Of a stretch of 64,000 nucleotides of DNA, positions 39,517 through 50,076 are shown piece after piece (the first letter of the stretch is position 1; each line of letters begins with the position of its first letter). The translations under genes and the position numbers were made by a program. Origin of the DNA: an uncultured Verrucomicrobiota bacterium (GTDB taxonomy: Bacteria > Verrucomicrobiota > Kiritimatiellia > CAIQIC01 > Lenti-01); assembly GCA_937872095.1 (NCBI GenBank), contig CALMNW010000070.1, positions 30,542 to 94,541 of the forward strand, in the 5' to 3' direction. The notes under the pieces were generated by a model that saw only the letters and a program-made list of their open reading frames with translations, did not search any database and was not told the DNA's origin.

Positions 39517-40094
39517 ATTCCTTTCATTACGTCCGGTATCGTCTGGGCCTGGCTTCGCCTTCGACCCAGACGTCGGAACGGGAACGGTCGTGCCTGCGCC
39601 GCCATGCGGCGGGGAAACGCCGCCTGGCGGAAATCGGCGTGTGGCACGGGGTCAACACGCGGGCTTTCCGCGAAGCGATGGCGCCCGACGGCGTGCTGCT
39701 GGCCGTGGACCCGTTCCCGCGGCGGTTTTTCGGCATCCGCGGGTTTGGCTGGGCGCGGCGCATCGCGCATCGCGAAGTCGCGCGCAGCGGCAACGGCCGC
39801 GTCGTCTGGCTCGAATGCCGGGGCGAAGAAGCGCCGCGGTTGCCCGCGGCGCAGCCGTTCCTGCCGGTGGATTTCATTTTCATCGACGGCGACCACAGCT
39901 ACGCGGGGCTGCAAGGCGATTGGCAGGCGTGGAAAGATCGCGTGGCGCCCGGCGGCATCGTCGCCCTGCACGATTCGCGCCAGCGCGACGGCTGCGGTTC
40001 GGAACGGTTCACCCAAGACGTGATTCTTGCGGATCCCGATTTCGTGCGGGTGGACGAAATCGATTCCCTGACGGTATTGAGGCGCAAGACGTGA
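39510..40094 (+). CDS. Class I SAM-dependent methyltransferase (TylF/MycF/CmcI-like O-methyltransferase fold)
   Basis: The product contains LAEIGVWHGVNT...DFIFIDGDHSYAGLQGDW...LHD. Confidence 0.7.
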   Translation: MLNSFHYVRYRLGLASPSTQTSERERSCLRRHAAGKRRLAEIGVWHGVNTRAFREAMAPDGVLLAVDPFPRRFFGIRGFGWARRIAHREVARSGNGRVVWLECRGEEAPRLPAAQPFLPVDFIFIDGDHSYAGLQGDWQAWKDRVAPGGIVALHDSRQRDGCGSERFTQDVILADPDFVRVDEIDSLTVLRRKT

Positions 40095-41071
40095 CCTTGC
40101 CGGCGAACAGCGCGGCGCGAGTCGAAACGGGTCTCCCCGACGTGTCCGTTGTGATGAGCGTGTTCAACAACGCGGATACGCTGCCGGCGGCGCTGGCCGG
40201 CATCTTGTCGCAGGAAGGCGTAGAATTGGAGTTCATTGCCGTGGACGACGGTTCCACAGACGGTTCCGCCGCGATCCTCGACGAAGCGGCGCGGAAAGAT
40301 GGGCGTCTGAAAGTGGTGCACCGGCCGAACGCGGGCCTGACCCGCGCGCTGATCGCCGGCTGCGCGCTGGCGACCGCCCCGTGGATCGCGCGGCAGGACG
40401 CCGACGACGTATCGCTGCCGGGACGTCTGGCGGCGCTGTTGGACCGGGCGCGGCGCCAGCCCGATGCCGTTTTGCTGGCATCGGCGGCTTGGTGCACGGG
40501 GCCGCGCGGGGAACGCCTGCGGGAAGTCGCGGTCGAAACCGATCCCGCGCAGGCGCGCCGCGACTTGCTGGCGGCCCGGACCGGTCCGCCGGCGCACGGC
40601 AGCGCGATGTTTTCGCGCGCGGCCTACGAAGCCGTCGGCGGCTATCGCGCTTGCTTCTACTACGGCCAGGATTCCGATCTGTGGATGCGCTTGGCCGAAC
40701 GCGGCGGCGTGGCCTATCTCGGCGAGCCGCTGTATGCCTATCGCTGGGATCCCGGCGCGATTTCCGGCGCGAGCCGGTCGTTGCAGCGGAAGTTCGGTCG
40801 GTGGGGGCAGGCCTGCCGAAAAGCCAGAGCCGACGGGAAAAGCGAAGAACCGTTTCTGTGCCAAGCGGCACAACTGGCGGACGATATCCATTGCGGTCGC
40901 GTAAACAAGGCGCGGGCGAAGGATCGGGCGATCGGTCTTTACCATGCCGGTTGCCTTATGGAAATGTCCGATCCGTCCGGCGCGCGCGCCTACTACTGGC
41001 AAGCCGTTTCCGTCCATCCGTTTTTCATGCGGGCATGGCTCAAATTGCTGGGATTCGGAAGGCGGACATAG
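40091..41071 (+). CDS. Family 2 glycosyltransferase
   Basis: The product reads VSVVMSVFNNADTLPAALAGILSQ...FIAVDDGSTDGS...QDADD. The GTG start overlaps its neighbour as GTGA. Confidence 0.8.
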   Translation: MTLPANSAARVETGLPDVSVVMSVFNNADTLPAALAGILSQEGVELEFIAVDDGSTDGSAAILDEAARKDGRLKVVHRPNAGLTRALIAGCALATAPWIARQDADDVSLPGRLAALLDRARRQPDAVLLASAAWCTGPRGERLREVAVETDPAQARRDLLAARTGPPAHGSAMFSRAAYEAVGGYRACFYYGQDSDLWMRLAERGGVAYLGEPLYAYRWDPGAISGASRSLQRKFGRWGQACRKARADGKSEEPFLCQAAQLADDIHCGRVNKARAKDRAIGLYHAGCLMEMSDPSGARAYYWQAVSVHPFFMRAWLKLLGFGRRT

Positions 41072-41072
41072 C

Positions 41073-43199
41073 ATGCGCTTCCTGGTCGGATCCGATTACG
41101 CGCGCGACCCCAATGCCGGGGCCGCCGGCACGATCGTCTGGACAAACCGGGCACTGCGGGAACTGGGCCACGAGGTGGACGAATTCTGGGCCGCGGATTT
41201 GCCGCGCCGAATCCGGCACGGCAATCTCCATTATCTGCTGGAATTGCCGGGCGCTTTCCGCCGGGAAGTGGCCGCGCGCTGCCGCCGGAAGGCGTATGAT
41301 GCGGTGATCCTCGACCAGCCCCACGCCTTCCTCGCCGGCGAATACCTCCAGGCGCACCATCCGGAAGTCCTGTTCCTCAACCGCACGCAGGGCTGGGAAG
41401 CGCAGGCCGACGAAGCGCTGCAGGCGTTGAAGCCGGCCGGAACGTCGCGACCGGGTCTGTTGCGCGGCGCGGCGCAGGAAACCATGCGGCGCCTGTTGCT
41501 TCGCCACCAGGACCGCGTCGTGGCCTGCGCCGACGGCATCTTGGCGGGCTGTTCGCCCGTTCCCGACTACCTCGAGCGGAAGTATGGCTATCCCCGCGAA
41601 CGCGTCGCGGTCATTCCCTACGGCGTCACCGATGAATTCATCCGGCGTCCGCTGTCCGCCGACCCGGACCGCTGGCGGCGGCTGTTGCACGTCGCGCAGT
41701 TCGCGCCATTCAAGGCGCCGGAAATCGTCGCCGCCACGTTCAGCCGCATCCTGCGGGAACGACCGGATGTCCGGGCCGATTGGGTTTGCGACGTCCGGCA
41801 TCACGGGCAGGTGCGGGAACGGTTCGCGCCCGAATTGCGGGACCGGGTCCGGCTGCATCCGTGGGCGGACCAGTCGGAACTGGTGGCGCTGTACGACGCC
41901 TGCGGCATCTTCCTGTTTCCTTCGCACTACGAAGGTTTCGGCAAGACGCCGTTCGAAGCCATGGCCCGCGGTCTCGCAGTGGTGGCCACGCGGGTCGGCG
42001 GCCTCGTGGATCTCGTCCGGGACGGCGAGAACGGCTATCTGTGCGCACCGGGGGACGCCGAGGGGCTCTACCGGCGCGTCGCGCAATTGCTGGACGCCCC
42101 CGCGCAGGCGGCGCAGCTGGGAGCACAGGCCCGCCGCGACGCGGCGCAACTGACCTGGCCGAACCACGCCCGGGCGCTGGCGGAATTCGTCGCGCGGCGG
42201 CAGGCGGAAAAGGGTCGGCGCATCCGGACATGCGGAAAGGACGTCTCGTCGGAAATCCCGTCCGTGGCTGCGGCCGGTCGGACGGCGCCGGCCGTCAGCG
42301 TCGTGGTGCCGACCTATCGGCGCGGGGCCGCGCTGCTGGACACCTTGGGCCATCTGCTGGTGCTGGAACCGCCGCCGGGCGAAATTCTGGTGGTGGACCA
42401 GACCGAGGCGCATCCGGCGAGCGTGGCGGAACAGCTCCGGCAGCTGGAAAACGCCGGGCGCATCCGGGTTCTCCGTTTCTCGCCGCCGTCGATCCCGCGC
42501 GCCATGAACGTCGGGTTGCGCGAAACGCGGAATCCCGTGGTGCTTTACGTGGACGACGACGTCGTTCCCGCGTCGGACTTGGTGGCCGCCCACGCCGCCC
42601 GCTATGCCGGCGATTTTGCCGCCGTGTGCGGACAAGTGCTCCAACCGGGCGAAAGCCCCGATCCGGACGCCAACCGCGGGCCGCGCGGCACGGGGTTCAT
42701 GGCCGACCTCGATTTCCGGTTCAACGGCACGCGCGCGATCGAAATCGCCAGCGTGATTTCCTGCAATCTGTCCGTGGATCGCGCCGCGGCGCTGGCCATC
42801 GGCGGCTTCGACGAAGGCTTCATCGGTTCCGCGTACCGCTACGAAACGGATTTCGCCCGGCGCCTGCTCGCGGCCGGCGGGCGGATTCTCTTCGCCCCGG
42901 AAGCGTCCCTGCGCCACCTGCGGCTGCCGACCGGCGGCACGCGCAGCCAAGGCGACCATCTGGAACGGCCTGCGCCGGGACATGCTTTTGGCGACTACTA
43001 TTTTGCTTTGCGCCACGCGTGCGGCGGGGAGCGGCTCCGCTATCTGGCGGGCCGGCTGGTCCGCGAAACCTGCAATCGCTATTATCTCCGGCATCCGTGG
43101 AAACTGCCGCGCAAGCTGGGGAGCGAATTCACGGCCTGGCGTTGGGCTTGGCGCCAAGCCCGCCTCGACCCGCTTTTTCCGGAAACGCGACGGCCATGA
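41073..43199 (+). CDS. Bifunctional glycosyltransferase: N-terminal GT4 (GT1_like; FPSHYEGFG) fused to a C-terminal GT2 domain (VSVVVPTYRR...VDDDV)
   Basis: Both domain signatures are present in the 708-aa product. Confidence 0.8.
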   Translation: MRFLVGSDYARDPNAGAAGTIVWTNRALRELGHEVDEFWAADLPRRIRHGNLHYLLELPGAFRREVAARCRRKAYDAVILDQPHAFLAGEYLQAHHPEVLFLNRTQGWEAQADEALQALKPAGTSRPGLLRGAAQETMRRLLLRHQDRVVACADGILAGCSPVPDYLERKYGYPRERVAVIPYGVTDEFIRRPLSADPDRWRRLLHVAQFAPFKAPEIVAATFSRILRERPDVRADWVCDVRHHGQVRERFAPELRDRVRLHPWADQSELVALYDACGIFLFPSHYEGFGKTPFEAMARGLAVVATRVGGLVDLVRDGENGYLCAPGDAEGLYRRVAQLLDAPAQAAQLGAQARRDAAQLTWPNHARALAEFVARRQAEKGRRIRTCGKDVSSEIPSVAAAGRTAPAVSVVVPTYRRGAALLDTLGHLLVLEPPPGEILVVDQTEAHPASVAEQLRQLENAGRIRVLRFSPPSIPRAMNVGLRETRNPVVLYVDDDVVPASDLVAAHAARYAGDFAAVCGQVLQPGESPDPDANRGPRGTGFMADLDFRFNGTRAIEIASVISCNLSVDRAAALAIGGFDEGFIGSAYRYETDFARRLLAAGGRILFAPEASLRHLRLPTGGTRSQGDHLERPAPGHAFGDYYFALRHACGGERLRYLAGRLVRETCNRYYLRHPWKLPRKLGSEFTAWRWAWRQARLDPLFPETRRP

Positions 43200-43870
43200 A
43201 TTCCAACGTCGGAAACGAGATGAGCCGGCCGAACGTCCACGACGATTCGCGGTCGCTCTATCGGCACGACGACCGGCCGCCGTGCGCAAGCGGCTACCTC
43301 GCGCCTCTCGTCGTGCGCGCCTGCCGCGCCGCCGGCGCCCGGCGCGTTCTCGACTTGGGTTGCGGCAACGGCACGTTGTGCCGCGCTTTGGCGGAGGAAG
43401 GATTCGAGGTCGTTGGGCTGGAACCGAGTGCCAGCGGAATCGCGGCTGCCCGCCGGGCCGTTCCGGAAGGGGTTTTCCACCTGGGCAGCGTCTACGACGG
43501 TCCAGAGATCGTTCCAGAAGGCAATTTCGACGCGGTGGTCAGCACCGAAGTGGTCGAACACCTGTTCCGGCCCGCGGCGTTGCCGGCCTTGGCCCGCGCG
43601 AAGTTGAAAGCCGGCGGCTTGTTCGTGGTGTCCACGCCGTACCACGGCTATCTGAAAAACCTGCTGTTGGCGCTGGCCAACCGCTGGGATTTCCACCATT
43701 CGCCGAACTGGGATGGCGGCCATATCAAATTTTGGTCGCGCCGGACGCTGACGGAACTGCTGGAATCCAATGGATTCGCGGTGGCGGAATTCCATGGCGC
43801 CGGCCGCCTGCCGTGGTTGTGGAAATCCATGGTGGTGGTGGCGCGGAAGACGCCCGGGGAGCGGCCATGA
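43196..43870 (+). CDS. Class I SAM-dependent methyltransferase (Methyltransf_11/23-like)
   Basis: It has the RVLDLGCGNG glycine-rich motif I. It overlaps its neighbour as ATGA. Confidence 0.8.
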   Translation: MNSNVGNEMSRPNVHDDSRSLYRHDDRPPCASGYLAPLVVRACRAAGARRVLDLGCGNGTLCRALAEEGFEVVGLEPSASGIAAARRAVPEGVFHLGSVYDGPEIVPEGNFDAVVSTEVVEHLFRPAALPALARAKLKAGGLFVVSTPYHGYLKNLLLALANRWDFHHSPNWDGGHIKFWSRRTLTELLESNGFAVAEFHGAGRLPWLWKSMVVVARKTPGERP

Positions 43871-45048
43871 AACTCCACCTGGCCATCGTCGAAACGCATC
43901 CGATCCAGTACAAGGCGCCGCTGTTTCGGAAACTGGCGGCGGATCCGCGCCTCGATTCGACCGTGTTTTTCGCGCTGGTGCCCGATGCCGCGCAGCAGGG
44001 CGCCGGTTTCGGCGTGCCGTTCGAATGGGACGTGCCGCTGCGCGCAGGCTACCGCAGCGAAGTGCTGGAAAATCGGGCGCGGCATCCTTCCGCGACGACG
44101 TTCGCCGGTTGCGACACGCCGGAAATCTACGCGCGCCTGCGGGAATTGCGTCCGGACGCGGTGTTGGTGAACGGCTGGGTCGCGAAGACCTGTCTGCAAG
44201 CGCTGTGGGCCTGCAAGCGGCTCGGAATTCCGTGCCTGGTGCGCGGCGAGGCGAATCTCCTCCGGCCTCGCGCGGCGTGGAAGCACGCGCTGCACGGGTT
44301 GCTGTTGCGGCAGTACGCCGGCTGGCTCGCCATCGGTTCCGCCAACCGCGAGTTCTATCGGTTCCACGGCTGTCCCGAAGGCCGCATCTTCTGGGCGCCC
44401 TACGCGGTGGACAACGATTTCTTCGCCGCGCAAGCCGCCGCGCGCGCCGGACGCCGGCGCGAACTGCGCGCCGCGTTCGACCTGCCGGCGGAGGCCGTCG
44501 TCTTCCTGTTTGCCGGCAAATTGGAAGAGAAGAAGCGGCCGATCGATTTGCTGGAGGCCGTCGCGCGAATCCCGGCGGACTTGCGTTCCCGCGTCCACGT
44601 GCTGGTGGCGGGTGAGGGCCCGTTGCGCGACGCCTGCGAGCGGCGCGCGCGGGCGGACAACCTGCCCGCGACGTTTGCCGGTTTCCTCAACCAGTCGCGC
44701 TTGCCGGACGCCTATGCCGCCGCGGACGTCCTCGTGCTGCCGTCGGACGCGGGCGAGACCTGGGGTCTGGTCGTCAACGAAGCGATGGCCTCGGGGCGGC
44801 CGGCCGTCGTATCGCGCGCGGCCGGTTGCGGAACGGATCTCGTCGTCGAAAACGAAACGGGCCGCGCTTTCGCCTGCGGCGACGTCGCGGCGCTGGCGGA
44901 TATCCTCGGGGCCTATGCGCGCGATCCGGCCGCGGCGGCCCGGCAGGGCGCCGCGGCGGCGGAACGCATCCGCGCATACGGCCTGGAAACGGCGGCCGCG
45001 GGAATCGCGGCGGCCGTGCAAGCTTGCGGGGGAGGTTCCCCATGCTGA
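43867..45048 (+). CDS. GT4-family glycosyltransferase
   Basis: It is a 393-aa GT-B type protein with a C-terminal E-x7-E region (LPSDAGETWGLVVNEAMASGRP). Confidence 0.8.
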   Translation: MKLHLAIVETHPIQYKAPLFRKLAADPRLDSTVFFALVPDAAQQGAGFGVPFEWDVPLRAGYRSEVLENRARHPSATTFAGCDTPEIYARLRELRPDAVLVNGWVAKTCLQALWACKRLGIPCLVRGEANLLRPRAAWKHALHGLLLRQYAGWLAIGSANREFYRFHGCPEGRIFWAPYAVDNDFFAAQAAARAGRRRELRAAFDLPAEAVVFLFAGKLEEKKRPIDLLEAVARIPADLRSRVHVLVAGEGPLRDACERRARADNLPATFAGFLNQSRLPDAYAAADVLVLPSDAGETWGLVVNEAMASGRPAVVSRAAGCGTDLVVENETGRAFACGDVAALADILGAYARDPAAAARQGAAAAERIRAYGLETAAAGIAAAVQACGGGSPC

Positions 45049-46406
45049 ATGGGCTCGCGTTGCTGGTGGCGGCGGCCTGCCTGATCGCCTTGACGAACTG
45101 GCGCTGGGGCATCTGCGCCGCCATCTTGGTCAGTTTTCTCCAGGATCCGCTGCGCAAGGTGATTCCCGGCGCGCCGGCCTATCTGGTGCTGGCCGCTTTG
45201 CCGATCTGGCTGTGCGCGCTGCTGTCGGCCGCCCGCGTCCGCCAATTGCCGGTCAGGCGGTTTCTGGACCAGTTCCCGCGTCTCGGTTGGTGGGCCCGGA
45301 TTTTCGCGGCGTATCTCGTGATTCCGGCCGCGATTTCCGCGACCTACGGTCGGAATTCATGGATGATCACGCTGCTGGGCGCCTTCGTGTACGCGGCCAT
45401 GTTCCTGATGCTGGTGGCGGGGTGGCGGTTTCCCGTCCGGGACTTCGGACCCACGCGGCTTCTGGCCGTCTACGCGGTAGCCGCCACGCTGATGCTGCTC
45501 GGAGGGCCGTTGGAGGTGCTGGGGCACCAGGCGGGCAATCCGTTGCTCGGCACCGAAGCGCTGGGCCACGTCTGGGTGACGCAGCGCACGGGCGCGGCGG
45601 TCTACATGCACGCGGGATTTTTCCGCAGTCCGGACGTGATGGGTTGGCATGCGGCGCTGACGTTCATGGTGGCCGTCATTCTGGCCTTTCGTTCGAAGGG
45701 AGCCGCACGCGGATTCTGGGTGGCCGTGGCGGTGCTGGCGATCTTGAACGTCTGGTTTTGCGGGCGCCGCAAGATGTTATCCATGATCCTGGTTTTCCTG
45801 GGTTGCTACACGCTGTTCGTGTTCCGCTTTGCGCGCATCCAGAAAATCCTGTCGGCCAGCGGCACGGCCTTGATGGTCGTGGGATTGGGCTGGTATTTGA
45901 TTACGTCGATGTTCTACGACGAAGCGGTCGAGCGGTTCTACTTGACGGCCTTCACCGAGGCCGACGAACAGATCCAGCGCCACGGGGTCCAGGCGGTGCT
46001 GGGAACGGTCCGGCAGGCCGGATTTTGGGGCTATGGCCTCGGCATGTCCCAGCAGGGCGTCCACAACATCCCGAACGTGGAAACGCCCCATCTGTGGCAG
46101 GAAAGCGGACCGGGAAAACTCGTCGCGGAACTCGGCGTGCCGGGCAACGTCCTGTATCTCGGCTTGGGCATCGCGATGTTCATCACGGCCTACCACGTGG
46201 TGCGCCGCACGCATGGCCGACCGGCGTTCTATCTGGCCGCCGGCCTGTTTTCGGTGCTGGCGGCCAACGTGGCCTCGTCCGTGGTGTCGGCCCAGATTTT
46301 CGGCGATCCGTTCGTGGCGTTCCTGTTGGCATTTCTGGCGGGATTGCTGTTGTCCTGCGCGCGCGCCGGGCCCGCGCCGCCGGCGGAAACGGAGCCGGGG
46401 CCATGA
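45042..46406 (+). CDS. Second O-antigen ligase/Wzy-like polymerase membrane protein
   Basis: It is polytopic with a large periplasmic loop (GFWGYGLGMSQQG). The SD is GGAGG. Confidence 0.7.
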   Translation: MLNGLALLVAAACLIALTNWRWGICAAILVSFLQDPLRKVIPGAPAYLVLAALPIWLCALLSAARVRQLPVRRFLDQFPRLGWWARIFAAYLVIPAAISATYGRNSWMITLLGAFVYAAMFLMLVAGWRFPVRDFGPTRLLAVYAVAATLMLLGGPLEVLGHQAGNPLLGTEALGHVWVTQRTGAAVYMHAGFFRSPDVMGWHAALTFMVAVILAFRSKGAARGFWVAVAVLAILNVWFCGRRKMLSMILVFLGCYTLFVFRFARIQKILSASGTALMVVGLGWYLITSMFYDEAVERFYLTAFTEADEQIQRHGVQAVLGTVRQAGFWGYGLGMSQQGVHNIPNVETPHLWQESGPGKLVAELGVPGNVLYLGLGIAMFITAYHVVRRTHGRPAFYLAAGLFSVLAANVASSVVSAQIFGDPFVAFLLAFLAGLLLSCARAGPAPPAETEPGP

Positions 46407-47485
46407 AGAAGCGGCTGGTTTGGATTCGCACCGCGCCGCCGGACCTTCCCGGCAGCATGGCCGCCTTTGGCGACCTGGTGCGGCAAGCCGTCGAGCCGTT
46501 GGCGGACGACTGGGAACGGTCGACGTGCGACCTGTTCGATCCGCGCGGCGGCGCCTCCATGTGGCGGCACCATCTGTGGCGTCTGCGGCATGCCCGCCGC
46601 GTGCTCGCGGCGCAGCCCGCCGATCTTTGCCATTGGCTGGACGGTTCGATGGCGGCCTTCATCCCCCATGCGCTGCGCGCCCGCAGCGTCGTCACGGTCC
46701 ACGATCTGATTCCGTTGCTGCAACTGCGCGGGGAATTGCCGGGGCGTCCCAGCGCGCCGGCCGCGTGGCTGATCCGGCGCGGCATCCGGGCCTTGCGCGG
46801 TTGCGCCGGCCTGTGCGCGGATTCCGCGGCCACGCGGGCCGATCTCGCGCGGCTGGCGGGCATCGCGGAACGCGTGGCCGTGGTTCCCGTGCCGGTGCGG
46901 CTCCTGCCGCCGCCGCAGCCGGTCGCGGTGGCCGGCCTGCCGCCCGGCGCGCGCTACGTCCTGCATGTCGGCAACAATGCGGGCTACAAAAACCGTTTGG
47001 GCGTTTTGGCCGTATTTTCCCGTCTGCGCGATCTGGCGGATTTGCATCTGGTGTTGGCCGGCCCGCCGCCGACCCGCGCGTTGCGCGCCGCGGCCGCACG
47101 CCTGAAACGCGTGCATTTCGCCGGGCCCGTGGACGACGCCCAGCTGAACGGCCTTTATCGCGGCGCGGCCGTTTTCCTGTTCCCGAGCCTCTATGAAGGC
47201 TACGGCATGCCCGTGCTGGAGGCCATGGCGGCGGAGTGCCCGGTCGTGTGTTCCACCGCGCCGGCGTTGGTCGAAGTGGCGGGTGCGGCCGCGCTCTGCG
47301 CGCCGGCGTCCGATCCCGAAGCGCTGGCCGCGCAATGCCGGATGGCGTTGTCCGACGCCGATCTGCGGGGCAAGCTGGTCGCGGCGGGCCGCGCCCGCGC
47401 CGGCGGTTTTGACGTTGCTTCGTTGGGCCGATCCTTGCTGAAATGCTACGAACAGGCGTTGGAGCGAAAGGAACCCCATGGCTGA
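46403..47485 (+). CDS. GT4-family glycosyltransferase
   Basis: It has an FPSLYEGYGMPVLEAMAAECPVV motif. It overlaps its neighbour as ATGA. Confidence 0.8.
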   Translation: MKKRLVWIRTAPPDLPGSMAAFGDLVRQAVEPLADDWERSTCDLFDPRGGASMWRHHLWRLRHARRVLAAQPADLCHWLDGSMAAFIPHALRARSVVTVHDLIPLLQLRGELPGRPSAPAAWLIRRGIRALRGCAGLCADSAATRADLARLAGIAERVAVVPVPVRLLPPPQPVAVAGLPPGARYVLHVGNNAGYKNRLGVLAVFSRLRDLADLHLVLAGPPPTRALRAAAARLKRVHFAGPVDDAQLNGLYRGAAVFLFPSLYEGYGMPVLEAMAAECPVVCSTAPALVEVAGAAALCAPASDPEALAAQCRMALSDADLRGKLVAAGRARAGGFDVASLGRSLLKCYEQALERKEPHG

Positions 47486-48059
47486 TACGGCATCATCTCG
47501 AATCCGGGTGGACCGGGCCGCCTGTCCGAGTCCCCATTCGGCCGCCAACAAGCTGGCTCGTTTGCTGTGGCAGGCCGCGTGGCTCCTGCTGTTCCGGCCT
47601 TCGCCGTGGTTCTGGCACGCGCCGCGCCGCGCGCTGCTGCGCCTGTTCGGAGCGAAGCTGGGGAAAAACGTCCAGATCATGCCGTCGGTTCGGATCTGGG
47701 CGCCTTGGCACCTGTCGCTGGGGGACTTTGCGACCGTCGGCGCCGGCGTGGATCTCTACGACGTGGACCGCATCGAGATCGGCGCCCACGCCACGATCAG
47801 CCAGCGCGCCTTCCTGTGCACCGCCACGCACGACGTGGATCATCCGAACATGCCGTTGCAAACCGCGCCGATCCGGATCGGCGCCGGCGCGTGGGTTTGC
47901 GCGGAGGCCTACGTGCATCCCGGAGTGGAAATCGGGACCGATGCCGTCGCCGGCGTGCGCGCCGTGGTGCTGCGCGACGTGCCGCCGGGGCAGATCGTGG
48001 GCGGCAACCCCGCGAAATTCCTGCGGACGCGCCATTTGGAGAATGCGGGGCCGGAGTGA
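47478..48059 (+). CDS. Hexapeptide-repeat (left-handed beta-helix) acetyltransferase, WcaF-like
   Basis: The product contains IGAHATISQRAFLCTATHDVDH...IGAGAWVCAEAYVHPGVEIGTDAVAGVRAVV. Confidence 0.85.
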   Translation: MADTASSRIRVDRAACPSPHSAANKLARLLWQAAWLLLFRPSPWFWHAPRRALLRLFGAKLGKNVQIMPSVRIWAPWHLSLGDFATVGAGVDLYDVDRIEIGAHATISQRAFLCTATHDVDHPNMPLQTAPIRIGAGAWVCAEAYVHPGVEIGTDAVAGVRAVVLRDVPPGQIVGGNPAKFLRTRHLENAGPE

Positions 48060-48886
48060 CCGTGCCGCTTTCCATTTCGGCGGTCGTGTTGTCCCACAAC
48101 GAAGCGGCCAACCTGCCGCGTTGCCTGCGCGCGCTGCGAGACTGCGCCGAAGTCGTCGTGGTGGACGACGGCAGCACCGACGATAGTCCGCGGGTCGCCG
48201 CCGAGTGCGGCGCGCGCGTCGTGGTCCATCCCTTCGCCTCGTTCGCCGACCAGCGCAATTGGGCGATGGACGCAGCCGGTCTGCGCTGCGACTGGGTTCT
48301 GCATCTGGACGCGGACGAAGTCGCGCCGCCGGAATTGCTGGCCGAAATCCGGCGCCGCCTGCCGGCGCTGGAGGCCGGCGCCGTCGGCCAGCTTGCGCGC
48401 AAGGTGATGCTCGGGGAAAAATGGCTGAAGCACAGCGCGGATTATCCCGTCTTCGTGCCCCGTCTCGTCCATCGCCGCGGCCCGCGCTACGTCATGCGCG
48501 GCCACGGCGAAACGCTGGCGGCCGCGTCCGGAGCCGCCGTCTATTTCGACGCGCCGCTGCGGCACTACAATTTCTCCAAAGGCTGGGCCGAATGGCGCGT
48601 GCGGCACTTGCGCTATGCCGCCGCCGAAGCCGCGCGCATCCGTTCCGGCGGGGCGGCTCTTTCCTTGCGCGCGCTGGTCGCGCCGGACCGCTCCGTCCGC
48701 CGCGCCGCGTTGCGGGCGCTGTCCTACCGGCTGCCCGGTCGGCCGGCGCTTCGGTTTCTCTACGCCTATCTGCTGCGGCTGGGCTTTTTGGACGGCCGGG
48801 CCGGCTGGACCTTTTGCCGCGCCATGGCCTCCTACGAACGCATGATCGACGCCGAACTGCGCAAGCCGCAGGCGGAAGCGAAATGA
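48056..48886 (+). CDS. Family 2 glycosyltransferase
   Basis: The product reads ISAVVLSHNEAANLPRCLRAL...VVVDDGSTDDS...HLDADE. The GTG start overlaps its neighbour as GTGA. Confidence 0.8.
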   Translation: MTVPLSISAVVLSHNEAANLPRCLRALRDCAEVVVVDDGSTDDSPRVAAECGARVVVHPFASFADQRNWAMDAAGLRCDWVLHLDADEVAPPELLAEIRRRLPALEAGAVGQLARKVMLGEKWLKHSADYPVFVPRLVHRRGPRYVMRGHGETLAAASGAAVYFDAPLRHYNFSKGWAEWRVRHLRYAAAEAARIRSGGAALSLRALVAPDRSVRRAALRALSYRLPGRPALRFLYAYLLRLGFLDGRAGWTFCRAMASYERMIDAELRKPQAEAK

Positions 48887-50076
48887 ACGTCGTGCTGGTC
48901 AACCAGTTCTTTCCGCCGGCGGAGGCGCCGACGGGGATCCTGCTGGGCGACGTGGCCGCGGAACTGGCGCGCCGGGGACACCGCGTGACGGTCGTCGCTT
49001 CGGCCGCGGCCTACGGAGCGGGCGCGGAGGCGCCGGTGCCCGCCGGCGTGCAAGCGGTCCGGGTGGGGCCGGAGACCCGGCATCGCGATGGCCCCGCCGC
49101 GAAGTTCGCCGATTATCTGTCGTTCGTGCGCGGAGCCTGGAAGGAGCTGTCGCGCCGGGAGCGTCCAGATGCGGTGCTGTGCCTGACCACGCCGCCGTTC
49201 ATCGGTCTTCTGGGCGCGCATCTGCGAAAACGCAGAGGCGTGCCGTTCGTGCTGTGGTGCATGGATCTCTACCCCGAGGCGTTGTCGGCGCACGGTTGGC
49301 TGCGGCCGTGGAATCCGCTGAAGCCGCTGCTGGCCGCTCTGGCGCGGGAAGAACGCCGCCGGGCTTCCGCCGTCATCGCCCTCGGACCGGACATGGCGGA
49401 ACGGCTGGCCGCCTCGGGCGCGCGGCGCGTGGAAACGGTTCCCGTCTGGAGCGGTCTCGCGGTTTCGCCGTCTCGGGAAACCGAAGCGCGCGCCCTGCGC
49501 CGCGCGCGCGGCTGGGCCGACGACGACGTCGTCCTGCTTTACAGCGGCAACATGGGGCGCGCCCACCGGGCGGACGACTTCGCCGCCCTGGCCGAAAGCC
49601 TGCGCGGCCGCTCGCCGCGCTGCCGGTTCGTTTTTTCCGGCGGCGGCCCGCTGCGGTCGGAATGGGAGCGGAAATGGAGCGGGCTTTTCGAATTCATGCC
49701 GGCGGTGGCCGGCGATGCATGCGTCGCCCATTTGCTCGCCGCCGACGTCCATCTGGTTTCCCAGCAGCCGGCCTGGACGGGCGTCGTGGTGCCGAGCAAG
49801 TTCCCGGCCGCCTGCGCCTTGGGGAAGCCCGTCGTTTTCGCCGGTCCGCCGCAGAGCGCCGTCGGCCGATGGCTGGCGGAAGCGGATGCGGGTTGGCTCT
49901 TGGCGCCCGGCGCCGCCGCGGCTTCCGAGCAAGTCGCCCGCGAAGTTCTCCGGGCGGATGTGCGCGCCGCCAAGGGCGCGCAAGCGGCCCGCCTTTTCCG
50001 GCAACGGTTCGCGCCGGCGGAAAATTGTGGTAAGATCGCCAACTTGATCGAACACGTCGCGGAAGAACGGCCATGA
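48883..50076 (+). CDS. GT4-family glycosyltransferase (WcaI-like)
   Basis: It is GT-B type. It overlaps its neighbour as ATGA. Confidence 0.8.
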   Translation: MNVVLVNQFFPPAEAPTGILLGDVAAELARRGHRVTVVASAAAYGAGAEAPVPAGVQAVRVGPETRHRDGPAAKFADYLSFVRGAWKELSRRERPDAVLCLTTPPFIGLLGAHLRKRRGVPFVLWCMDLYPEALSAHGWLRPWNPLKPLLAALAREERRRASAVIALGPDMAERLAASGARRVETVPVWSGLAVSPSRETEARALRRARGWADDDVVLLYSGNMGRAHRADDFAALAESLRGRSPRCRFVFSGGGPLRSEWERKWSGLFEFMPAVAGDACVAHLLAADVHLVSQQPAWTGVVVPSKFPAACALGKPVVFAGPPQSAVGRWLAEADAGWLLAPGAAAASEQVAREVLRADVRAAKGAQAARLFRQRFAPAENCGKIANLIEHVAEERP